Assembly: GCA_047495785.1 (NCBI GenBank)
Contig: JBLDXI010000042.1
Location: 4,588,001 to 4,652,000 of the forward strand
From: Lepidodermella squamata
Taxonomy: Eukaryota > Animalia > Gastrotricha
Direction of reading: 5' to 3'
Length of the DNA stretch: 64,000 nucleotides
Below are positions 16,091-28,200 of this stretch, in pieces. The position numbers and the translations under genes were made by a program. Below the pieces are notes generated by a model, which worked only from the letters and a program-made list of their open reading frames with translations, did not search any database and was not told the DNA's origin. How positions within the stretch are numbered: the stretch's first letter is position 1; each line of letters starts with the position of its first letter.

Positions 16091-19000
16091 GTGCCTCGTG
16101 TTACTTGAAAATGCTAAACACATCCATCGACGAACCATAACCGTCTAAGAAGTAGTACCTAGTGGTACCAGGAAAAATGACACGCTATGTAAGGAGAAGC
16201 CTGATGACAATTACGCGTGTTAACAAGCCGCCGTCGCCGCGAATTAACAAGTACATCTCAAGTACACGAGGCTGGCATTATTACCTATATAATAATAATA
16301 TATAATATGCAAATGAGACTGTATTATACTAAGGGACAGATACAGATCAAACTAGGCTTTATTTGCTTTATCAACGTCGCGAGACACTTTGCTGGAAGGC
16401 CGCCTATACGTCGTCGTTTCCTTCTCAACAATAACAACAATAATGGTAAAATAATTACTCGAAAAATGGTCGAATGACTTTGGTAATACGTAATATTATA
16501 TATTAGGGACGCCTTAAAGCGATTTGGCAGGTGCACTACAACAATTTGCATCAGGTCTAATATTACACGCCACAACAGACACAGCATTTTTGTGATCATA
16601 ATAATATATCGCAGTAGATTATTATAATATAATATATAAAAGGTGAGCGCATTTATAGTGCGTGTAGGCAGCAGGGTGAGTAAAAGGGTGTAAATATTGG
16701 CCTACAAATCACACGCGCAAGGGAGTGAGTGAGTGAGTTGTGGCCACCCAACGTCAACGAAGCGTTAAACTTTGGCCAAGGCCGTAAGTGGCGCGCCTAT
16801 CTTTATAACATATATATACCTATTATACCTATGCGCGCTTGTCTGTAGAAATATTTTACAAGCGCGCAAAACAATCGCCTTAATCACGTCTCGCTTTTGC
16901 ATTCATGAAATTACGCGCATTTGGTATGTTTTTCTGGGCCAATAAAAATTGCCTAAATTAGTATAGCGAAAAAACACAAATATTCCACGGTGGCTAAAAA
17001 CTTGGAAAAATTCAAATATAATAATGCAGACTTGCTACCTTTTAAAAAAATTCTAGCGATTAAGGAATTAAAATTTCGATTAGAAAATGTTAAAAATAAC
17101 CGAATAAATAAAGCTATTTTCCGTAATTTTTCGGCAAAACCAATAAGAAAATATCAAAATAAGGCTGTGTATTGAGCTATAATGTTGTTTCCAATTTCTG
17201 GCTGTTTTCTAGCGATTTTTCATTGCCAAATTGGTGTGTATCTCTATACTGCTATTTATCAAGTTTTGCCGTCGAAAAAAATAATATATTTTTTACCGCC
17301 GTAGTGGTGGTGATGATGATGTGTTTTAATTCGCTCTGTTTTTCGCGAATGTTTGCTCGGAGGTAATAATCGATTGCATAACTAACATACAGGTGTATTT
17401 AGTCCCGTGTGGTTTCGATACAAGAGTACAGGGAAATATTTTCGCCGCCATTTTCGGAAGCTATCTAATGGTAAAAAATGGTGATGGCACAATTAAACCC
17501 AAAAAATTGGTAGAGATAAATTCGACCTAAAAAATCGTACCGGATATGAGACCCGCGAAAAATTCAAAGCCAACAATTTTTCCTAACAATAAGTTCAATT
17601 AGACTAATTATAGTTTGCACTCAATAATACAACAGAAAATAATGCGAGCGTTGAATTTTTTATAAGAAACAAAATCCGCTCATGAAAATTTAATCAAATT
17701 TAATGGCTAATTTGGGGCCGAATAATGTTGATTTTTTGTCTTGTAAAAGCAACAATTGCGTGTTAGTCATATTTTGCTGACGTGAATAATTAATCAATTT
17801 GAATAAATGTCAAAAAAATTCCCAAGGTCGGATAATGAAATGATTATATTACTTTTTTGCATAAAATAGGCAACGTTCGCCCACGCCGCGAGTGCGACGG
17901 ACGCGCGTCTCTACTTATGAGTCACCCTGTAGGTATAGTGCACATGTATCCAACTGGCGCCATTTCAGGAGTCGCAAAACAACACAACTTTTGAAGAATT
18001 CTTATCTATCTCGAGCACGTGTCGCGCGTAAAATTATGAAAATCTACGCGTAGTATCTTGTAAAGAGGCGCGGCGCGAAAAACGGCCGTGAGACACGCAA
18101 AAGAAGAAGCGCGCCCGTCATCATATATATGTAAAGCATTTTCTCGCGCTCTTCGCGGTGCGAGCTGTTAAAGCTATCTAGGATGATAGCTGATATCATC
18201 CTATGCAATTGTTAGGCTCTATCCTAACACGCGGTGCGTAGATAAAACCAGGTGCAACTTCACAGCCTGGTTTTAACGCATTATAAAAATATTATCATTA
18301 TATTATTCCGTGGCTTTTCTGGAATTTCTTAAGAGAGCAGAGGGCCAGCTATAGGATGTGGGCAAAGAGACTGTCGCTTCAGTCTATCAAGGGTCAAATT
18401 GCTGGCCAACACGATTGCGCTTGTTGTCTCGCTCAAGTTTGCTTTTGACTCTAGGAGCATATAGCCCGCAGCCGCATCATACGAGGAAGTAACACCATGG
18501 CATGAAGCGCGGTAGCCAAAATAACGCAACAACCATTTCAGGGGAGGCGAGCGACGAAAAGTAAACAGCGCGTCTCGCGTTTTATCGAACAGCCGCAAAT
18601 AAAGGTATTGTGCGCGCGTTTTCACAGATTTCGCTATTATGACGGCAAACATTTTGCGGCGTAACTTGATAATATAATTGGAAGAAAATTTTCATCATAA
18701 GTATCTCTGCAAAGGTGTTCGTTTTTCCAACTCTCATAACGGTAAACAAGTTTCAACGCTTGAAACCAGGTCGTTTTACAGCAACAAACAACAAAGGGGA
18801 GGAAAACCGCTGTCTATTTGGGTAATGCAGTGTATTTTCCTTTCTTGCGGTATAAAATTGCGCCGACGTAACCAATTTACAAGGTGTTAAGTCCAATTTA
18901 TTGCACGTACACAGTGTGTGCAAGGTGAACAAATAATAATAACAAAAAGCCAACAACCACCAGACTTTGATTGTTGTACACAAAAATTATTTCGGGACAA

Positions 19001-19986
19001 TGAATGTTGTTTTTTCTGTTCTTTTGCGCCGCTTTTTAGCCCCGACCGCACAGCGTCAAGTTGCGGCCGTGGGTATTTTTGAAACTGGCGCCGTGTTGAA
19101 CGTGCGTTTTTGTATAAACAAAGTGATGCGCATATTGTTTGCCGCTATTTCTTTGCGCCAAAAAGATCACATCTAGCCAATAATTGGTGTTGTTGGGATA
19201 ATAATCTTGCGGCTGATAAAGAAAATGGTATACTTCACGTGAATGAAAATGCAAAATATGAACTCTGCTTTTTCTCATCACCTGCGATTATTGAAAGAGC
19301 TATCAGATATTACATATCTGTGTCGAAGGAACACCCACATCATGAAAACAGCATCATCGAGTATTGCCATTGGAAAGCATGAAATTTGAATGCAGGAACA
19401 CAAATTTTACTGAGAGTTTTCTCGGTTATTTATAGGCCCATTTGTCCAAATAAAATTATAGCGCAATTGGCCTGCTTTTTGCCTTCTTTTATTTGTAGAA
19501 GGCGTGGCTGCGTGGTAAAAACGGTAACAATGTAAGATAAAATTTTAGCATTTCTGGGCAATAAAAAGGAGCATTTCCTTGTATTTGTAGCTTGTTGTGC
19601 TCTCCCTTTATCAAAAAAGTTCATTTCCCATGAAAAACTGGCGCAACGTGGAATTGGCTAGCTTGAACAAAATCTGCTAAAATTCCACGGAAAATGTATC
19701 CGGGATTTCATAGCTACCTAGTTATTTTTCAAAATAATGACTCCGACCACCTTTAATTTTGAGCCAATCGATATTTGAGTAACCGTAAATTTTTATTGCG
19801 AAAAAAACCACAATGAAATGTTTCAAAGTTTACGCTGCTTACAATTACCGGCTTTTGCGGTAAGTATTTGCTCAAATGTCAATTTTAGCCTTAAAATCAA
19901 ACGTAACTGATTGAGCAAGCAATGTTCTAAATGTTTTTAAACCATGCGAAATCAATGGACCATTTGATCTTCTTTGTGATGATATG

Positions 19987-20867
19987 CTAGTTTCCATATC
20001 TCGGTTGAGGAAGGTTGATGTCCAGGCAGTGGCAGCAACAAATGCTGTATCCAGACAGAAAGTACGAAAAAGATAACATTCCACTGACTGCCTGAAGTGA
20101 AAAGTGAACGAAAATGATAGATTATGCATAATGCCCAGCAATGAAATTTAGGACGCTTACAGCGGTTCCAAGGACTAGGTCGTATAATCCTGAATAGTAG
20201 ATGTAGCTCCAACTAAAGCTGCCAGTACCTAAGATCAGCGGGTAGAACAAGAGGTAAATAAGTATCGTGAAGCCGCCGTAGAATATGTAGATAATGCCCA
20301 TGCTGATGTCGCCGCAAGCGCTGTAAGCCCATGTTCGGTTGGCCCATGAGAAAAGTTGGGTCAGAGCAGTGGCTATGCCAGACAGTGGGAGTATAAGCAT
20401 TTCAATCCAGTAGAACCAAATGTCTCCAGATTGTTCGTAAGACAACAAACCGCACCACATGCCGAACAAAATGATCGAAAATACCTGTTCAAATGGTCTA
20501 ATTTAGCTGTTTGCTTACATACGGATATGAATTTTACCAGTTGAATGGCTCGGATGACACCGTAAGGCGTCTTGATGCGTTCCAGAAAGACCTCCTTAGC
20601 AGGTTTCTGTACTGGCCCTGGGATGGTAGGTTGCGGGGCGGTGACAACGACAACTTGAGCTGGTGAACCTGGCTGATAGCTGACACTTGGTTGCGGGGCG
20701 TAATACATCTGTTGGCTAGGCGGCGGCCCATATGCTACCTGTTGCTGCATTGGATACGGTTGTTGAGCGTATTGAGCTGGGGCAGGTTGATAGTTTGGTT
20801 GGGGAGGATAGGCTGGCTGCCCCTTATTCCCAGATTCAAACGATCCAGCGACTTGCTGTTGGTCCAT
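19987..20867 (-). CDS. MARVEL-like four-TM membrane protein with Pro/Gln/Tyr-rich N-terminus (about 252 aa)
   Basis: Exons 20867-20538, 20484-20161, 20091-19987 are in phase. FLERIKTPYGVIRAIQLVFSIILFG resembles a MARVEL domain start. Four hydrophobic segments and a Cys-rich (CCCHC) tail follow. Confidence 0.65.
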
Positions 20868-21435
20868 CTTTCGCCGGCTTACGAGGCTGTCAAAAAGGAT
20901 TAAATAATAATTTTCTTGAATGAAGTGGCTGCCTTTATCATTCTCCCCTTTTTATTGCTACATTCTGAAAATTTATCGGCATTATTGCAGCAATTCCATA
21001 GAATTTTCCATCTCGGTACGCGTGGGTTTGGATACTTTAAAGCTCCCGATATCAACAATACCATTTCGCAAGAAACTTCACTATAAAACAGAAAGAATTT
21101 AACCGGTAAAACTGTTACAATTTAAGTGTTTAATCACCACATGCTGTATCAGCACGCGTTATCGCGTTATCAGTGAGCAAATTTCCGCAGAAAAGTTTTG
21201 CGGCGTGCGAGGAGGTTGCAGCTGATTCGCTTAGATATTGTAGGTTCCCAAGGGTTGCGCGGGTAAAGTAGCATAACTAAGAATTGATTTTTATGCAAAG
21301 GTTGAAGAGTCATGTAAGTAAAAAGCCTTCAAGTGAAATAACCTCCCATTTGATGCTAAAATGTCCAAGCACTGGTTTTAATGTTTCAAAGCTTTTAGGA
21401 CCCCTGCCGAAATCCATAGCAAACAAGGAAGTATA

Positions 21436-21629
21436 TATCGCGCCTTCCGCGCCAGAACAGTGTGCCGGAAATAGAAACAAATGGTGTAAAACTAACTTTT
21501 TGCATCTTCGCCAAGTCAGTCGCGTGCGTCGCTGGAAAACAGTTGAACGCCAGTTTTTTCTGCGCATCAAATGCATTACGCCATTTGTTTCTATTTCCGG
21601 CACACTGTTCTGGCGCGGAAGGCGCGATA
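21436..21629. mobile_element. Hairpin MITE with TA target-site duplication (Tc1/mariner or Stowaway-like)
   Basis: About 54-bp TIRs TATCGCGCCTTCCGCGCCAGAACAGTGTGCCGGAAATAGAAACAAATGG with 1 mismatch, flanked by TA on both sides. Confidence 0.85.
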
Positions 21630-21850
21630 TAGGAAAGGTCTACGATATTTTGGGTCATCTTTCATTGAGCATGCAGGTGCAACCAGGAACCATCTCTTTA
21701 ACATAGCATCTCCTCTCTAAATCCTTATTTCAAATTATAATTTTGTTTTAATGATTTTTAAATTATAGGTAAGGACTGATTTTCTTTTTTCTCTCGAAAT
21801 TGGTTAATCAGATGTGCGCCATTGAATTGAAGCTGATCAATAGATTAAAG

Positions 21851-22790
21851 CAGTGTGGTCCACGGGCTGACTCCGGAGTCATTTGGACTCTTTTGAGCAT
21901 TTTTTTGACTCATGGCTGACTCCGATATACCGTATTTTACGAATTATAAGACCCGGCCCTATATTTTTTTCAAACGAGGTTCAAGCCCTGCCCTGTATTT
22001 AGGGTCTGCCCTTTATTTCGGTTCTGCCCTTTAATTTTTCGAAACAAATCAGTCACCTGAAGAGTACCTCGATCAACAGTTAGAACCTCCAAATAAGCAC
22101 TGCCTTCCACCCGTGACTACACGCGTGAAATGTTTGCTCAAGTGGATTAAGGTGGATAAAGGACGATTATCGCTCTTACTGACGATAAATCGGAACCTAT
22201 CCAACTTTAACCACTTACCCAGCAGGCGCTCATGTAAGCCACTTCCTACAAGGCCCTGCCTATTAATACGGTTCTGCCCTTTATTATTTCAAATGACCGT
22301 TACCCCCTGCCCTTTATTCCGGTCCTGCCCTATATTTGGGTCCTGACTAATAATTCGTAAAATACGGTATACTAAATAATTTTTGGCTCCGAAACGAGTC
22401 AGAAGATCACTTAAAAATGACTCCGGGTCTGAAATTGACTCCAAAACGGACTGTCTTTGACTCCGGATTGCTTTTTTACCCTCGTCCTAATATATCCCTG
22501 TTCCAAAAAGTCTAAAAATTATCGTCAGCTAAAGCTCGCTTCGCTCGCAGGTGGCTTTTTCTAGCTGCAGTGGAGCAAAAAATGACGAATTTTGTTAAAA
22601 ACCAGTCGAACCTCGCCAAAAGTTGCAGCGACAGGTGAATATAGGGAGCGATTTTCGCGCTATAATGGGAATTGGAGTGATATTTAGACGTAATATTCAC
22701 TGGTTTTTTGGCGTTTTATTGGTTTTGACTCTTTCGCCCAGTTTTGACTCCGGTTTGTGTCTCGCCAGTTTACGCCCGTGGACCACACTG
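21851..22790. mobile_element. Non-autonomous hAT-type element
   Basis: TIR CAGTGTGGTCCACGGGC / GCCCGTGGACCACACTG; 8-bp TSD GATTAAAG (21843-50, 22791-98); repeated subterminal TGACTCC motifs. Confidence 0.9.
21930..22367. mobile_element. pogo/Tc1-like MITE nested inside the hAT element
   Basis: TA|CCGTATTTTACGAATTAT ... ATAATTCGTAAAATACGG|TA, with internal CCCT(T/A)TATT repeats. Confidence 0.85.
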
Positions 22791-23982
22791 GATTAAAGAA
22801 ATTGAATAGCCTCGTGATCATTAGCAGAAAACGCAATTATTTGAAGAAATACGCGTTCTTTACTATTTTCAGACCACACTGTAGAGCATAAGGAGTAAAA
22901 TCGTGATTGGAAAGCCATCAAAGGCCAAGATGGCTTTCCAACAGGTCAAGATGGTTTACAGCTAGTGGTTGAATCTGGCTGGATGTTTTGCAGTGGAATT
23001 GAAAATGAGAGCAAATGAGTCATAATAAGCCTAAGAGAGAACAGGCCGAGCCATATCATACGATCAAAATCGATGGCGGCGTCACAGTAGTTGAATTTCC
23101 TCGAGCCGGTGATTTCATCGTGAAACTTGTTTCGATTCTTGAGGTCGATGTGTCCATCCGCCTTACGAAGTACGTGAGTACAACTATGAACTATGTGCGT
23201 CTTTGGCCTGATGATCGTAGCTCGAGTCGAGGTAAGATTTACATGTTATTATGTGGCGTGTTGCAGCAGGTTAACTTAAACCGGATCGAATCGTGAGGCA
23301 ATGAATCGTGATGAGATTTTCTCCGATCTTCAAGATAATGGGATTGAAACCAGCCTGAAATTCCAGCCTAGATGTTGCCAGCAAACAGCACTGGAATACT
23401 GTTTCACCGAGTTGTCGATTCATTGACTTCTAATAACATCAATAGAGCCGAATAAATAGAGAATTGAGCCTTTAGGGACGCCGTCAGAACCTTTTTTTGT
23501 TGATTTCATGCCACAGTGCAACATTTTATTTTCGTTTTAAAAATAAGTATAATTACTATAAATAATATTTTATTACCCAAATGTGAAACATTATTAATTA
23601 TTTATCGCCCTTGATAAAGATCATATGACACGGCGCTGAAAAGCCGGCGGTGAGATCGAAAAACCAACTTTCTCATTACACAACTTTGATCATATCTGAC
23701 GCCTCTTCCAGACCCTGGAATCGAGGCGAGTGATGACATTCCGTTCTTCTTGAAACTAGTGAAGACTGCGAACAGAATTGAATAGCCCAAATGATGTTTA
23801 TGGAACGGATATCTGATTTGTGATTGACTAAAAGCATCCCTTACTGATGGGCTTGATTTCATGTTACAGTGCCACTCTTTCTCGTACTTGCTATTCACTA
23901 GTTTATTTATAATGATCAAAGCTCAGAGCTAATTCCATTTTGTTTCGAACTAGGCAAGTTTGAGTTCATTATTCCCGAAGGA

Positions 23983-24891
23983 ATGTCAGCAGAAGACGGC
24001 AAACCTGTGGAAAATAAAAGCGGCTGGAAGAGCGACGTTCCTGGCTGCCCTGTTATGCGACATGGTCGTAGTGAAGAGGAAGTTGGCAAGAAGTTTGACA
24101 TCTGCCTCGCTAACACAGCCGTCAAGACTGGTATGTTTTCATCGTGATACGAAATCAACATGATCCTTTAAAGTCAATCGAAGCATGTCCATACTTTGAA
24201 ACCTAAGTTCATGTTTTAGAAGAAGTGTTAATTTCTCAATGCTTTCTCGCCTAAATATTGCAGTCGGCAATCATCATCTCTTATATCACTGCTTCGTGTT
24301 TCGAAGGTCTCGTTAAGAATATATCACGTTTTCTTTTTCTAGGTGCTGGTTTTGGCATCGGCGCTTTGACATCTTTCGTGCTGTTCAAGCGTCGCCCCTG
24401 GCCTATCATTTTTGGTACGGCTCTAGGCCTCGGCATCGGCAGAGCTCCAAAAAGACGGTAATATAGTAATTAAATTACGAGACAGATTCAGCGGCTCAGC
24501 TGATAGGGTAACAAGTTTGATGAGTTTCCTGCGATTTGTCTCGCTAATCTCACGTATTTTGATTGTTGGGGGGTCGCTGGGCCATTTAGATCCTATTTTT
24601 TTGTAGGAAAATTCTTTTTGCCCATTCAAATTGCCTGTAATCTACGCGAGTAAGGAGTCAAAATGACAGCCATGTCATGTTTTTGTAATGGAAGGCAAGA
24701 GACAGTTTCTAAAATTGTCTGACCGGTTACGAGACAGAAAACCACTTTTTGGAGCACTGGGCATCGGAATCGGCAACTGCAAGACCCTTATGGAACGGAA
24801 TCATGCTAAGCGGACGGGCGGTGCGTCTTGCCCCGTTAAAAAGTCAACCGACGCCGATCAATCAGTAGCCGTCGATGTGAAGAAAGAATAA
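23983..24891 (+). CDS. MICOS10: MICOS complex subunit MIC10, second exon interrupted by a 320-bp hAT-type insertion
   Basis: Exon 1 23983-24130 (RSEEEVGKKFDICLANTAVKT), exon 2 from 24343 (GAGFGIGALTSFVLFKRRPWPIIFGTALGLGIG). Removing the element plus one TSD restores ...GLGIGIGNCKTLME...KKE*, stop at 24891. Confidence 0.85.
24440..24759. mobile_element. Non-autonomous hAT-type MITE inside the MIC10 coding exon
   Basis: TIR CAGAGCTCCAAAAAG / CTTTTTGGAGCACTG; perfect 8-bp TSD GGCATCGG (24432-39, 24760-67); subterminal TTACGAGACAG near both ends. Confidence 0.9.
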
Positions 24892-25286
24892 CCTATCTTA
24901 TTGGCTCTTAGTCGTTATCAGCTTAAAACGTTCAACACCAACGTTGTGAAAGTGTCCACGACGCTACCTTAGTAATATAATTTTCAAACTCACGAGTTAG
25001 CGTTTAATTATTACTTCTAAATGTATAAAGGAATAAACCCTGTGTTGATTGTTATCCAGTCTCGAATCTTATTTTAATCATCCTCACTGTGAATTGTTTG
25101 CCATCGATGAAATCGCTTCCTTGCAGAATATAGGGATTAATTTCTTTTCAATCACGTTTTATTTCTTATAGCTGCATTATTGTGTTATAAAATCTGCTGT
25201 TTTAAAGCAATTGTACCCGGGCCAGTGGTTGAAACTTGGCCATCGAATAAAAGAAGATTAATTTGCCAAGTCTGATTTGCTCAATA

Positions 25287-28200
25287 ATGGCTTACTCGGA
25301 AAAGCTTGGGAATGTTAATGCGGAGAAGTCGAAAGACGTGGTCAAGGATGGCATTCACGCCGTTATGACCGATTACTTACGAGGTCGTCTGGATAAAATG
25401 GATGAGCAAATCAAACAACGTTGCTTGGATTCATCAGCCAATGGAGGCCATTTATCAACAATTTTTGAAGGCGTTTCTGTATACATAGATGGCTACACGG
25501 AACCATCAAGTGACGTACTTCGCGAGATTGTTGTCGGAGGTGGAGGAAAATCAATACATTGGTTTAGCAAAACTTCTGTTACTCACGTTGTAGCGACAAG
25601 CTTAGCTCGGACTAAGATCCGCCAATGGGGCGAAGATGTGAAAATTTGCCGACCTGAATGGATAACAGAAAGCCAAAAGGCGAACAAGCTGTTGAATTGG
25701 AAAGATTTCCGGCTATTCCCGGATAAGGCTGATGAAATCATCCGAGCTTTTCAAAATCAAGCTTCAACATCGAAACACGTTTCACCGCCGAAAAAGGCTG
25801 GAGATGACGGATTTCTGTCTGAATTTTACGGAAATTCTCGACTACATCATTTAAGCGATTGGCGAGTCAAGTTGAAAACTTACGTGACTGAGAAGCAAAA
25901 GGCGAATTCATCTAGTAATTAGTCTGATTTTATTGGCAATTTTTGTTTTATTATAAATATTTCAAGATCATTTTCCTCGCCTGGAGCGGTTGATTTCAAG
26001 TGAATTAGTGGAAGATCTGGATGAAATTGGCGAAGATTTGCTACCTCCCATCTCTAACGCAATCATGCATATCGATCTCGATTGTTTTTTCGTATCAGCC
26101 GGCCTATTAACCCGGCCCCATTTGAAAGGCCAGCCTGTCGTGGTTACGCATAATCAAGGCAAAAAATCTTCGAGCCCCGCGAAACAAGGCAAATCGTACT
26201 CAGAAATTGCAAGTTGTAGCTACGAGGCTCGAGCAATGGGCGTTCGAAATGGCATGTTACTCGGGCATGCTGAAAAATTGTGCCCGAATTTGGCTCATAT
26301 TCCGTATGAATTTGATAAATACGACGAGATATCGCACAATTTCTACGATGTCCTTCTGAGTTTTACTAATGACATCGAGCCAGTTTCTTGCGATGAGGCT
26401 TACGTTGATTTGACATCAGTTTCTAAAGCATTACGTGAAGCCAAGTCGTTGCTAACCGTCGAAGACGTTGTTACAGCTATTCGGCGTGATATTTTCGAAT
26501 TAACTGGTTGCCATAGTTCGGCTGGCGTTGGTAAAAATCGATTAATAGCCCGGTTATGCACAAAAAAGGCGAAACCTGACGGGCAATTCTTCATGCTAGA
26601 TTCTGCGACAAAGGAAGAATTTGACGAATTTATCGCAAACCAACGAATTGCGGATTTGCCCGGGGTTGGTTATGTTATGGTCTCGAAGATTCGGGCCAAT
26701 TTCGGTGAGGACATCGAAACTTGCCGGCAGTTACAGCAAATTTCGTTGGATCGATTGACCGGGCTTTTCGGGCCAAAAACTGGGCAAGTGGTGTTTGATG
26801 CTTGCCGCGGAATTTGCCGAGATGCTGGGCTGAAAGCTCCTGAAACTCGAAAATCAGTCTCAGTTGATATCAATTACGGGTAAGTGCTGAATTAAAAAAA
26901 AATTAAAAAATCCACCTTAAAAGATGTGATTTCCTAATTTTTGAATTTCGGAATTTCGTGTTTTCTCTCTTGTTCATTTCTTTCGAATTATTCTTGACAA
27001 AACTGAATTTTCAAGTCGACCAAACAACTTGTTCTTTGCATTTTCAGCATGAGATTTACGAAACTTGAAGAGATGAAGAAATTTTTATCCGAGGTGGTTG
27101 ATGAAGTTGTCAAAAAGCTGAACGAAGCCGGTCTCAAAGGACAACAACTGCATTTCAAAGTAAGCTGAATCATTTTATACACTTTCTCTCAGTCCTATAC
27201 CTCTAAAACAAGTCAACTTGTTAAAAAATATTTTGAACCTTGACATGAATTGCGATTTATTCCAGTGCTACGCTTATTATTCTTTTGATAATTTTTTTAT
27301 TGATTTTTCTCTGTTGAGATTGGAGAACGGGATGCATGGGAGGTTGATGGGGTGAAGGGGAAGGAAGGGAATAGTGTAGATTTGAAGCGGCGGCCGCGCG
27401 AAGTTGATGAAAACGATTCGATGCGGCATGAAGATTTCTTTTCGGGCGTATCTTCGTATGTAAGAGGGCGAAATTGACTTGCTAAAAGGACCGTCCTTCT
27501 ACCCGCTTTCGAAGTCGATCAACGAGAATATTTGATGGAAGTAAGCCGACCCCGTTTCACCCACCGCATTCCGTAGGAACTTGCAGGCGAAACAGCAATA
27601 CTCGGTGCCAGGCGCAAGTTGTGAGCAAAAATCAATCTATCGAAGTCGATCACCTGTCACTGGTGAACGTATAATCGGAAAGATGATAAAATTCGAATGC
27701 GAATTGCACCAGTCCTAGAAATCAAAGGCTGGTACCGTTCCGCTTCGACACCTCTAGCTCTTTGAAGGTGTTGGACCTCGATACATGATCATAGGATATT
27801 CTGTGTCAAAACTGGCCGGTTGCTCATAGCTGAAAATATGAGGCGACTGAGGACTTGTCGGTCCGACGTGGATTTTGTCTCTAGCAAAAAGTTGAAAAAG
27901 AGACAATCTAAAACTGCTAAGTCTGGATGCTAATTACCAGGCTAATTACCCTGGCGAGTCATTTCTGGATCTTTTAGGCCAAACCTAGCTCGTATCTCGC
28001 AAAACTGTGAAAAAATAAAAAATGTAACATCAATAGCAAAATTATCCCCAGTTCAGGTAGGTAGTTATAGCGAAGGTTGATCACTTGAAGCCAAGAAAAT
28101 TCTTCAGGCTTCGCAAGTGCGTCGTTGCATGAGCGTTCTGGTCGTAAAATTCTAGTAGCCGTCCGAAAACGTTGCTATTAGCAACCGTGTTCATGGCGTT

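Noticed and set aside
22870-23400. Exon-like + strand pieces with splice-like sites
   Set aside because: Contain stops and no family I can recognise; possibly a decayed gene but not supportable.
27300-27830. Coding-like GC segment in the REV1 intron next to family copy 1
   Set aside because: No long open frame, no recognisable motif, and no TIR/TSD found.
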